From NCBI GenBank assembly GCA_035703525.1, contig DASSYA010000024.1, forward strand, positions 69,309-133,308: 64,000 nucleotides of DNA. Direction: 5' to 3'. Below, piece after piece: positions 18,977 to 27,207 of the stretch. The number at the start of each line of letters is the position of its first letter. Positions within the stretch are counted from its first letter, which is position 1. The position numbers and the translations under genes are program-made. This stretch comes from Gemmatimonadales bacterium (GTDB lineage Bacteria > Gemmatimonadota > Gemmatimonadetes > Gemmatimonadales > GWC2-71-9). The notes under the pieces were generated by a model. It ran no database searches. It was not told the origin of the DNA and worked only from the letters and a program-made list of their open reading frames with translations.

Positions 18977-19408
18977 ATGCCCCTGATCCGATGTTCTGCG
19001 GTCGCGCTGCTGTGGCTGGCGCCCGGCGCCGCGGCACCGGCCCAGTCCACCGTGACCCTTCCGCCACCACTCGCACGTGTGCTCCGTGACTACGAAGCCG
19101 CCTGGCAGGGTCGCGACCCGAAGGCGCTGGCGGCCTTGTTCACGACCGATGGCTTTGTCCTCTCCACTGGACGGCCTCCAGTGCAGGGTCGGGGGCGGAT
19201 CGAGGCACATTACCGGAACGCCGGTGGTTCGCTCATGCTCCGGGCGTTTGCCTACGCGACCCAGGATTCGCTCGGGTACATTCTCGGTGGCTATACATAC
19301 ACTCCCGGCGGGAACGACATCGGCAAGTTCACGCTCACCCTGCGTCAATCATCGACCGGGGCCTGGCTGATTTTCTCGGACATGGACAATTCCAACACGC
19401 GACCGTGA
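18977..19408 (+). CDS. Secreted SnoaL-like / DUF4440 protein
   Basis: Signal peptide MPLIRCSAVALLWLAPGAAAPAQS. NTF2-like pattern: YEAAWQGRDPKALAALFTTDGFVL, GAWLIFSDMDN. Confidence 0.7.
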   Translation: MPLIRCSAVALLWLAPGAAAPAQSTVTLPPPLARVLRDYEAAWQGRDPKALAALFTTDGFVLSTGRPPVQGRGRIEAHYRNAGGSLMLRAFAYATQDSLGYILGGYTYTPGGNDIGKFTLTLRQSSTGAWLIFSDMDNSNTRP

Positions 19409-19435
19409 CGGCACGGCCCGGTGACAGGAGGCGAG

Positions 19436-19939
19436 ATGGCCCAAACCGAATGGTGGCAACGCGGTCCGATCGAGGGCGTCCCTGTTGCCCTGCAACCGGT
19501 CGCCCACATCCTGCTGCAGGTCCATGAGACCGTGGCGGCATTCGTGGCCGACCACGGCGACACGGATTGGAATGCGCGTCCGGCCAACGTGGCGTCGCCC
19601 GCGTTCCACCTCCGACACATGACCGGGGTGATCGATCGCCTCTTCACGTATGCGCGCGGCGAGGCGCTCGTCGAGGAACAGTTCGCCGATCTCAAGCGCG
19701 AGAGGGAACCCCTCGCGCCCGGTGAGGTCGGGCCGGCACTCGAGGCCCTCCGGCAACGCGTCGACGACTCGGTCGAGCAACTCCGCGCCACTGATCCAGC
19801 CACCCTGGGCGCGTTCCGTGGCGTCGGGCGCGCCCAACTGCCCTCGACCGTGATCGGCTGTCTGGTCCACGGCGCCGAGCACGCCATGCGACATGTCGGG
19901 CAACTCTCGGTGACGTTACGCGTGGTCCGGGGTCACTGA
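19436..19939 (+). CDS. DinB family protein
   Basis: ATG 19436 has AGGAGG 4-5 nt upstream. DinB-type His triad context (LLQVHETV, FHLRHMTGVIDR, HGAEHAMRHVGQL). Confidence 0.75.
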   Translation: MAQTEWWQRGPIEGVPVALQPVAHILLQVHETVAAFVADHGDTDWNARPANVASPAFHLRHMTGVIDRLFTYARGEALVEEQFADLKREREPLAPGEVGPALEALRQRVDDSVEQLRATDPATLGAFRGVGRAQLPSTVIGCLVHGAEHAMRHVGQLSVTLRVVRGH

Positions 19940-19974
19940 TTCCATATGCCTGATGCTCCATTCGGCAGGTTCGT

Positions 19975-21948
19975 GTGAATCCCACGCGGATGTTGGCCAT
20001 CACGACCACGATCACCCTGGCCTTGCTGCTCGTCATCCTGGTCCTGCTGCGCCGCCATCGGCGGACGGCTCGTCTCCATGCGATCGAGCGTGAGGAACGG
20101 GCCCTCCTCGAATCCGTGCTCGACAATGTCCCGGGTACGCTCTATCTGTTCGATGAGGGCGGGCGGTATCTCCGCTGGAACCAGCCGTTTCTCGAGGCCT
20201 CCGGCTATACCGCAGATGAGTTGTCGAGGCTCAGTCCCCTCGACTTCTTTCGTGGCGACGATATCCAGCGGGTCACCGAGCGCATCGCGGAAGTGATGGC
20301 AGTTGGTGAATCCAGCGTGGAGGCCAGACTGGTCGCGAAGGATGGCCACAGCACCCCCTATTTCTTCACGGGCCGCCGGATCAGCTACCGCGGCCGGCCG
20401 GCGCTGGTCGGAATGGGACTCGACATCACCGCACGCGTGCGGATGGAGACCAAGCTCCGCGAGAGCGAGGAACGATTCCGACAGCTCACCGAGACGATTG
20501 ACGAGGTCTTCTGGATCAGCGATCCCGTGGCCCAGCGGGCGCTCTACGCCAGTCCGGCGTTCGAGGCCATCTGGGGACGGCCCTCCTCGGCGCTCTACGA
20601 TGATCCCTCCCTGTGGATCAACTCCGTGCATGCCGAGGACCGTGCCGCCGTGGCAGAGGCGACGCCGCGCCAGCTCACCGGCGACTATGACATGACCTAT
20701 CGGATCGTGCGCCCGGATGGAACCATCCGGTGGGTGCGTGATCGCGCCTATCCCGTGCGCGATGCAGCCGGAGTTCCGCATCGCATTGTCGGCCTCGCCG
20801 AGGATGTCACCGAACGGAAGGCGATCGAGGCGCAATTCCTCCGTGCACAGCGGATGGAGAGCATCGGGACCCTGGCCGGCGGGATCGCACATGACCTCAA
20901 CAACGTCCTGACGCCGATCCTGATGTCCGTCGAAATGCTGCGTATGGAGGACGACACGGCGGAACGGCGAGAGACACTCGACAACATCGAGGCCACGGCG
21001 CGGAAGGGCGCCGACATGATCCGCCAGGTCCTGCAGTTCGCGCGGGGGGTCGATGGTCGACGCGTCGAGATCGACGTGCGCGAGCTGGTCGACGACGTGG
21101 TACGGATCGGCAACGACACCTTCCTCAAGGCCGTCCAATTGACCGCCCACATCGATCGGGACCTGCCACCGGTCTCTGGCGATCCGACGCAACTGCACCA
21201 AGTGCTCCTCAACCTCGCGGTCAATGCGCGCGATGCGATGCCGGATGGTGGCACCATCACCATCACGGCCCGGAGTGAAGACCTCCTCCGCCCCGAGGCC
21301 GATGTGCTCGTCGAGGTGACCGATACCGGCACCGGAATTCCGCCGGAACTGGTCGATCGCATTTTCGAGCCGTTCTTCACCACCAAGGCACAGGGCAAGG
21401 GCACCGGACTCGGCCTGTCGACATCGCTCGCCATCGTGACCAGTCATGGCGGGACACTCCGGGTCCGATCGACGCCTGGCAAGGGCACCACCTTCACGAT
21501 GCGCTTGCCCACCATGGAGGGAGCCCGACCCGCGACATCCGCGCGATCGGCCGGGTGCGCCCAGCGGGGCAATGGCGAGATGATCCTGGTCGTCGACGAC
21601 GAGGCGGCCATCCGTTCGGTGACCGCGCGGCTCCTCCAGGCGCACGGGTACGGTGTCATGCTCGCCAGCGATGGTCGCGAGGCGGTGGAGTGCTACGCCG
21701 AACACCGGGCGTCGATCGCGGTCGTGCTCACCGACATGATGATGCCGGTCATGGATGGTGCCACGGCCATCGCGCGCCTCCGGGCCATCGACCCCGGTGT
21801 GCGGCTCATCACCGTGAGCGGACTCGCCGATCAATCGGGGCTGCCACCGACCGGTCCGGACCAATACCCGATCCGCCATCTCGCGAAGCCCTATACCGCA
21901 GGTGAATTGATCGCCGTCATCGGTCAGGCACTGCGCGGGGACGCGTAG
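19975..21948 (+). CDS. Hybrid sensor histidine kinase / response regulator with PAS domains
   Basis: N-terminal TM segment and two PAS-like modules. H-box GGIAHDLNNVLTPI. HATPase motifs (NLAVNARDAM, DTGTGIP, GKGTGLGLS). C-terminal receiver (ILVVDDE...DMMMPVMDG...KP). The start could be GTG 19975 or ATG 19990. Confidence 0.85.
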   Translation: MNPTRMLAITTTITLALLLVILVLLRRHRRTARLHAIEREERALLESVLDNVPGTLYLFDEGGRYLRWNQPFLEASGYTADELSRLSPLDFFRGDDIQRVTERIAEVMAVGESSVEARLVAKDGHSTPYFFTGRRISYRGRPALVGMGLDITARVRMETKLRESEERFRQLTETIDEVFWISDPVAQRALYASPAFEAIWGRPSSALYDDPSLWINSVHAEDRAAVAEATPRQLTGDYDMTYRIVRPDGTIRWVRDRAYPVRDAAGVPHRIVGLAEDVTERKAIEAQFLRAQRMESIGTLAGGIAHDLNNVLTPILMSVEMLRMEDDTAERRETLDNIEATARKGADMIRQVLQFARGVDGRRVEIDVRELVDDVVRIGNDTFLKAVQLTAHIDRDLPPVSGDPTQLHQVLLNLAVNARDAMPDGGTITITARSEDLLRPEADVLVEVTDTGTGIPPELVDRIFEPFFTTKAQGKGTGLGLSTSLAIVTSHGGTLRVRSTPGKGTTFTMRLPTMEGARPATSARSAGCAQRGNGEMILVVDDEAAIRSVTARLLQAHGYGVMLASDGREAVECYAEHRASIAVVLTDMMMPVMDGATAIARLRAIDPGVRLITVSGLADQSGLPPTGPDQYPIRHLAKPYTAGELIAVIGQALRGDA

Positions 21949-22058
21949 CCGACCTCCTCGCCTCGGCCCCGATCGAGCATTAGACTCCGGGACCCTGCCC
22001 CGCCGAGATCGACAGCGGACCCCGAACCTTGTATTCCTTGCAGGAGCACTGCGAGCCC

Positions 22059-22454
22059 ATGACACGAGATCGCCAGTACAAGCCCACCGGATACACCTCG
22101 CTCTCACCCTACCTGCTTGTTGACGGGGCGGAGCGCACGATCGACTTCCTGCGAACAGTCTTCGATGCCGTCGACCTGCGGCGCATCCCGGGCGAGAACG
22201 GCACACTGCGGCACGCCGAAGTGCGGATCGATGACACCGTGCTGATGCTCGCCGACAGCATCGAAGGCTGGCCACCGATCGCCACGAATGTTCACATCTA
22301 CGTGCCCGATGTCGATGCGACATATGCGCGTGCCCTCGCAGCCGGTGCCGAGTCGGTGCAGCCGCCGATGCAGAAGGACGACCCGGATCGGCGGGGCGGC
22401 GTGAAGGATGCTGGCGGGACCACCTGGTGGATCTCGACGATGCAGCTCACCTGA
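22059..22454 (+). CDS. VOC (glyoxalase/bleomycin-resistance fold) family protein
   Basis: ATG 22059. YLLVDGAERTIDFLRTVF...LRHAEVRIDDTVLMLAD...GGVKDAGGTTWWI is typical of PhnB-like VOC proteins. Confidence 0.8.
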   Translation: MTRDRQYKPTGYTSLSPYLLVDGAERTIDFLRTVFDAVDLRRIPGENGTLRHAEVRIDDTVLMLADSIEGWPPIATNVHIYVPDVDATYARALAAGAESVQPPMQKDDPDRRGGVKDAGGTTWWISTMQLT

Positions 22455-22481
22455 ATCCGTCTCACTACCAAGGATCCGACC

Positions 22482-22892
22482 ATGATTGAACCACTCCCCA
22501 ATCGCTATCTGCCCGTCGCCCAGACCGCGCTCCGCGTCATGGCCGGTGCCGCCTTTTTCTCCCATGGCGCCGGAAAGCTCTTCGGGTGGTTCGGTGCGGA
22601 CGGCACGGTCGAGTTGATGAGCAAGTTCGGCGTCGCCGGCGTCATCGAAGCCTTCGGGGGCCTGCTCCTCATCATCGGCCTCGGCACCCGGCTGGTGGCC
22701 TTCATCGCCTCGGGGGAGATGGCGGTTGCGTACTTCTGGATGCATGCCATGGGGAGTGAGAGCATCTGGTGGTGGCAGAATCGCGGCGAGACCGTGATGC
22801 TCTTCTGCTTCATCTGGCTCCTGTTTGCGGCGTGGGGTGCGGGACCGTACAGCATCGATGCCAGACTGGCGCGTGCGCGAACCGATGGCTGA
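22482..22892 (+). CDS. DoxX family membrane protein
   Basis: LRVMAGAAFFSHGAGKLFGWFG motif; 4 TM segments; 136 aa. Confidence 0.8.
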   Translation: MIEPLPNRYLPVAQTALRVMAGAAFFSHGAGKLFGWFGADGTVELMSKFGVAGVIEAFGGLLLIIGLGTRLVAFIASGEMAVAYFWMHAMGSESIWWWQNRGETVMLFCFIWLLFAAWGAGPYSIDARLARARTDG

Positions 22893-23595
22893 CTCGACCG
22901 ACACCGGGCACCGTTTCTCCGACCAGGAGGTGGCACTCGTCCTGCAACGCGCCACCGAGATCGAGGAACATCGTCCGGGGCCGGGAAGCGGTCGCGGACT
23001 GACTCTCCGCGAGTTGCACGAGATCGCGCACGAAGTCGGCCTCAGCCCCGAGGTGATCAACGAGGCCGTCATGGCGGTACAGGCCGGCCACCGTTCGCGT
23101 CCCCATGCGTTGCTCGGTGCCCCGCTTACCACCAAATCGGTCCGTGCCCTCCCGATGGCACTCGACAGTGCCGCGATGCAGCAACTCATCCGAGTGATCG
23201 ATGACCGGATCGAGACGACCGGCACGGTGACCGAGGCCTTGGGAATCGTGCGCTGGACCAGTGCCGACCGCGGCCGCGGGATGGATCGGAGCACCCAGGT
23301 CTCCCTGACCGTGCGCGGCGACGAGACCCAGGTGCAGGTGGTCGAGCGGCACCCCGCCAGGCTCCGTGTCGTGCTCCATCTGCTTCCAGCGTCATGGGGG
23401 GCGATGATCGCCGGAGCGATGGCGGCCTCCGCGAGCATCGGACCGGTCAGCGGGGTCGGACTGGCGCTCGGCGGTGCCGCTCTGGGCCTGGGGCTCGGCC
23501 GCACGGTCTGGCAGGCCCTGGCCCGGCGACGAGCTCGTGACACCCAGGCGCTGGCGGACTCCCTCGCCGGCGCGGCAGTGGGTCGTGTCGACTGA
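22885..23595 (+). CDS. Hypothetical protein with C-terminal Gly/Ala-rich TM segments
   Basis: ATG 22885 overlaps the DoxX stop by 8 nt. Coding-like GC3. Soluble N-terminal region (FSDQEVALVLQRATEIEE...LTLRELHEIAHEVGLSPEVINEAV) followed by hydrophobic AMIAGAMAASASIGPVSGVGLALGGAALGLGLG. No family recognised. Confidence 0.55.
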   Translation: MADSTDTGHRFSDQEVALVLQRATEIEEHRPGPGSGRGLTLRELHEIAHEVGLSPEVINEAVMAVQAGHRSRPHALLGAPLTTKSVRALPMALDSAAMQQLIRVIDDRIETTGTVTEALGIVRWTSADRGRGMDRSTQVSLTVRGDETQVQVVERHPARLRVVLHLLPASWGAMIAGAMAASASIGPVSGVGLALGGAALGLGLGRTVWQALARRRARDTQALADSLAGAAVGRVD

Positions 23596-23923
23596 TCAAT
23601 TGCGGCTGGATGCCGCGACGATCTCCATCGCGGCCGTGATTGGCAGCCTGATCGGCTATGTCGACACCCGCCCCGCGTGGGATGACACCGGTGTCACCGT
23701 TGGTGCCATCGTGCTCGTCGCGGCAGCCTTGGCCGCCTTCCGCCCCAACATGCGGTGGCTCAGCGGCACCGCAGTCGGCATCCCCGTTCTGGGGATGAAT
23801 CTTGTCCTCGTGGGCGGCTGGGGTGCCGCGATGGCGCCGCTCGCCGCGCTGCTGGCGGCAGGAATGGGTGGCGCCGTCGGGGCATCCCTGCGTGGGCCGA
23901 CTGCCCGCTCTCGGCGCTCCTGA
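23585..23923 (+). CDS. Hypothetical small membrane protein
   Basis: GTG 23585 overlaps the upstream stop region. Three predicted TM segments (ISIAAVIGSLIGYV, VGAIVLVAAALAAF, GIPVLGMNLVLVGGWGAAMAPLAALLAAGMGGAV). Start uncertain. Confidence 0.4.
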   Translation: MSTDQLRLDAATISIAAVIGSLIGYVDTRPAWDDTGVTVGAIVLVAAALAAFRPNMRWLSGTAVGIPVLGMNLVLVGGWGAAMAPLAALLAAGMGGAVGASLRGPTARSRRS

Positions 23924-23933
23924 TCCGCTGGCA

Positions 23934-24494
23934 TCATGCCATGGGTTGGGTGAGTGCGACGTCGATCGTGAACTTCACCTCGTCACCCACCGTCACGCCG
24001 CCCGCCTCGAGCATCTGGTTCCAGGTCAGACCATAGGCACTCCGACTCAGCTTCCCGCGCGCGCTGTATCCCGCGCGACGATTGCCCCACGGATCGACCG
24101 TGACACCATGTGCCTCCACCTCGAACGAGATCGGCTTGGTGACATCGCGAATGGTCAGGTCACCAGTCAGGGTGAAGGTCTGATCCAGGTCCCCCTCGAC
24201 CTCCGACGCGGTAAAAGTCATGGTCGGATAGCGCTCGACATCGAAGAAGTCGGCCGAACGAAGATGCTTGTCGCGCTGGTCGTTGCTGGTGGTGATGGTC
24301 GAGGGATCAATCGTGACCTCGACCCTCGGGGCCCCGCCGTTCGCGTCGATCGAGCCCACCCGCCCCGCGATGCTCCCGAATCGGCCCCGTACCGTCGAGA
24401 TCATGAGGTGGCGGACCGAGAAGTCGATCCCGGAGTGTGCCGGGTCGATCTGCCAGCCTGTGGTGGTGTCCGGGGCCATGGTTGCCTGGGTCAT
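23934..24494 (-). CDS. YceI family protein
   Basis: WQIDPAHSGIDFSVRHLMISTVRGRF and FTLTGDLTIRDVTKPI match YceI. AAGGAG lies 6 nt upstream of the ATG at 24494. Confidence 0.85.
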   Translation of the reverse strand: MTQATMAPDTTTGWQIDPAHSGIDFSVRHLMISTVRGRFGSIAGRVGSIDANGGAPRVEVTIDPSTITTSNDQRDKHLRSADFFDVERYPTMTFTASEVEGDLDQTFTLTGDLTIRDVTKPISFEVEAHGVTVDPWGNRRAGYSARGKLSRSAYGLTWNQMLEAGGVTVGDEVKFTIDVALTQPMA

Positions 24495-24521
24495 CGGATG
24501 CTCCTTGAATGAGTTCCCTTC

Positions 24522-24550
24522 AATATAGTTTACATGTAAACTAATTGCAA
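24522..24550 (-). promoter_or_regulatory. Sigma-70-like promoter of yceI-like gene with embedded 18-bp perfect palindrome
   Basis: On the minus strand: TTGCAA (24550-24545), a 17-nt spacer, then TATATT (24527-22). AAGGAG and the ATG follow about 20-30 nt downstream. The spacer and -10 are spanned by the palindrome TAGTTTACATGTAAACTA (24526-24543). This is the only markedly AT-rich patch I noticed in the window. Confidence 0.45.
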
Positions 24551-24622
24551 GGGCCCCCTCGTCCCCGGTTTCCTCCCCCGGTCTCCCCCGCTCGGACCGA
24601 CCCCGCCCGCGTATCTTCCCCC

Positions 24623-26296
24623 ATGACTGACACTGCCACCTTCGCTGACCTCGGCATCATCCCCAGACTGGTTGACGCCCTCACTGCCCTTGGCTACGAG
24701 GAGCCGACGCCGGTCCAGCGCGAGGCCATCCCGCATCTGCTGGTCGGCCGCGATCTCCTCGCCCAGGCGGCCACTGGCACCGGCAAGACCGCCGCGTTCG
24801 CCCTGCCGCTCCTCCAGCGCCTCCCGAACAAGGCCCCCGAGCCCTCGCGCCCTGCCGTCCTGGTGCTGACCCCGACTCGCGAGCTCGCGGTGCAGGTTGC
24901 CGAGGCGTTCCACCGGTACGGACGCGCCTTCGGGGCACTTACGGTGCCGATCTACGGTGGCCAGGAGTTCTCCTCCCAGATCCGGATCCTTCGGCGCGGC
25001 GTGCATGTGGTGGTCGCCACGCCGGGCCGGGCGCTCGATCACATGCGACGCGGCACCCTCGACCTGAGCGGACTCGCGACGGTGGTGCTCGACGAGGCCG
25101 ACGAGATGCTCGACATGGGGTTCGCCGACGAGATCGAGAGCATCCTCGAGGCGGCCCCCGCGACGCGTCAGACCGCGCTCTTCTCCGCCACGATGGCGCC
25201 CCGCATCGCGAAGATCGCCGAGCGTCACCTCAACGATCCGATCAAGGTGCTGGTCGCCCGCGAGAAGGGCACCGCCGGCACGATGCCGAAGGTGCGGCAG
25301 ACGGTGTATGTCGTGCATCGCGCGCAGAAGGTGCAGGCGCTCGGTCGTGTGCTCGACCTCGAGTCGCCCACGCTGGCGCTGATCTTCTGTCGCACGCGTC
25401 ACGAGGTCGACAGTCTCGCGGAGAGCCTGGGCGGCCGCGGTTATCAGGTGGAAGCGTTGCACGGGGGGATGACGCAGGTCCAGCGCGATCGCGTGATGAA
25501 GAAGACGCGTGCCGGGAAGGTCGACATCCTGGTCGCCACCGATGTGGCGGCGCGCGGGCTCGATATCGAGCAGATCTCGCATGTCGTCAACTTCAACGTG
25601 CCCGAATCGCCGGCCGCGTACGTGCATCGCATCGGGCGAACCGGCCGCGCGGGTCGCGAGGGTGTCGCGATCACCCTCGCGGAACCGCGCGAGCACCGGA
25701 TGATCCGGAACATCGAGGTGCTCACCAGGCAGAAGCTCGACATGGCACAACTGCCGACGGTGATGGACGTGCGCGCCATGCAACTCGAGGTCACACGGGC
25801 GTCGGTGCGCGAGGCGATCGTGGCCGGTGAACTCGATGGCTATCGGGTGATCGTCGATGCACTCGCGGAAGAATACGACCTGGTCGAGATCGCGACGGCG
25901 GCGATCAAGGTTGCGCACGAGGCCACCGGCGGTGTGGTCGGTGCCGACGAGCCCGAGCTCACGGCGCCAGCGGCGCCGGTCACGAAGGCCTCCCGCGAGC
26001 GAACGCGTGAGAAGTCAGGCGAGAAGGCACCGCGCAAGAAGGCGCCCGGCATGTCGCGGATCTACATCGGCGCGGGGCGCAAGGACAACATGCGACCGGC
26101 CGACCTCGTCGGCGCCATCGCCAACGAGGCCAGCCTCACCTCGAAACAAATCGGCTCGATCGAGATCTTCGACAAGTTCTCCCTCGTGGAACTCCCCGAG
26201 GAACTGATCGACCAGGTGATCACCGCACTCCGCGCGACCAAGGTCAAGGGCAAGCGCCAGACGGTTCGCCGAGACATGGCGACCACCCGGCGCTGA
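24623..26296 (+). CDS. deaD: DEAD-box ATP-dependent RNA helicase with DbpA-like C-terminal RNA-binding domain
   Basis: ATG 24623 (MTDTATFADLGI). Q-motif region, AQAATGTGKT, DEAD, SAT, HGGMTQVQRD and HRIGRTGRAG. C-terminal IYIGAGRKDNMRPADLVGAI...KVKGKR is DbpA-like. Confidence 0.85.
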   Translation: MTDTATFADLGIIPRLVDALTALGYEEPTPVQREAIPHLLVGRDLLAQAATGTGKTAAFALPLLQRLPNKAPEPSRPAVLVLTPTRELAVQVAEAFHRYGRAFGALTVPIYGGQEFSSQIRILRRGVHVVVATPGRALDHMRRGTLDLSGLATVVLDEADEMLDMGFADEIESILEAAPATRQTALFSATMAPRIAKIAERHLNDPIKVLVAREKGTAGTMPKVRQTVYVVHRAQKVQALGRVLDLESPTLALIFCRTRHEVDSLAESLGGRGYQVEALHGGMTQVQRDRVMKKTRAGKVDILVATDVAARGLDIEQISHVVNFNVPESPAAYVHRIGRTGRAGREGVAITLAEPREHRMIRNIEVLTRQKLDMAQLPTVMDVRAMQLEVTRASVREAIVAGELDGYRVIVDALAEEYDLVEIATAAIKVAHEATGGVVGADEPELTAPAAPVTKASRERTREKSGEKAPRKKAPGMSRIYIGAGRKDNMRPADLVGAIANEASLTSKQIGSIEIFDKFSLVELPEELIDQVITALRATKVKGKRQTVRRDMATTRR

Positions 26297-26304
26297 CCTT
26301 CACA

Positions 26305-26979
26305 TCACGGTGTGCCCCGCTCCAGCAGCTGCTTCCGATACGCCTCGCTGGCGTAGATCGCCACCTCGACCCGACGATTCGCCGCGCGCCCGGCCTCGGT
26401 GTCGTTGCTCGCGATCGGCTCGGTCACCCCGCGGCCCTCGGTATGGATCCGTGAACGGCTCACGTTCTGTGAGACGAGATAGGCCGCGGCGGCGCTGGCA
26501 CGACGTTCGGAGAGCTCCTGATTGTAACTTGCCGCCCCGATTGCATCGGTGTGCCCGACGATCAGCAGGTCGGTATTCGGATAGTGGTCGAGGCTGGTGG
26601 CGAGTGCATCCAGGTTGGCACGTGCGGCCGGCTTGACCACATCCGAATCGAAGTCATACAGCAGGCCTGAATCGAAGGTGACGTGGATGCCCTCGCCGAT
26701 CCGTTGGACGGTCGCCCCCGGGATGTTCTGGGCGAGTTCGGCGGCCTGCTTGTCCATCCGCTGGCCGATATACGCCCCCACACCCCCGCCGACCACCGCC
26801 CCGATGATGGCACCACGGGAGGTCGAGCCGGTCGCCTTGCCGACCGCCGCTCCGACCCCGGCTCCGCCGGCCGCACCAATGACGGCGCCCGTCCGCGCCT
26901 TGTTGGCACAGCCGGCGACGGGAACAAGGAGGCACGACGCGAGCAACAACACATGGGGCCTACGAAGCGGACTGGACAT
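26305..26979 (-). CDS. OmpA family lipoprotein with glycine-zipper region
   Basis: ATG 26979 gives MSSPLRRPHVLLLASCLLVPVAGC, a lipobox. Gly-zipper GAVIGAAGGAGVGAAVGKATG. OmpA-like C-terminal domain (FDSGLLYDFDSDVVKP...IVGHTDAIGAASYNQELSERRA...NRRVEV). Confidence 0.85.
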   Translation of the reverse strand: MSSPLRRPHVLLLASCLLVPVAGCANKARTGAVIGAAGGAGVGAAVGKATGSTSRGAIIGAVVGGGVGAYIGQRMDKQAAELAQNIPGATVQRIGEGIHVTFDSGLLYDFDSDVVKPAARANLDALATSLDHYPNTDLLIVGHTDAIGAASYNQELSERRASAAAAYLVSQNVSRSRIHTEGRGVTEPIASNDTEAGRAANRRVEVAIYASEAYRKQLLERGTP

Positions 26980-27207
26980 GATGGGCCTCTCTCCTGGGGT
27001 TTGCCAGCCGAGCTCCGGCCGGCGATACTGGACGTTGCACTCGTGAACTGGGACGCCCGGCTCCGGGACAGGGACACAACAGGCCCCACGAACCCGAGCG
27101 GATCTGGCCCGCGCAACTACACGGCCCCGCCACTCGTATAGACCCTGTTGGACCCCGCTTCTCCTCTCTGACCCCGACCTGCTTGTTCCTTCCACCCTGG
27201 ATCCCAC

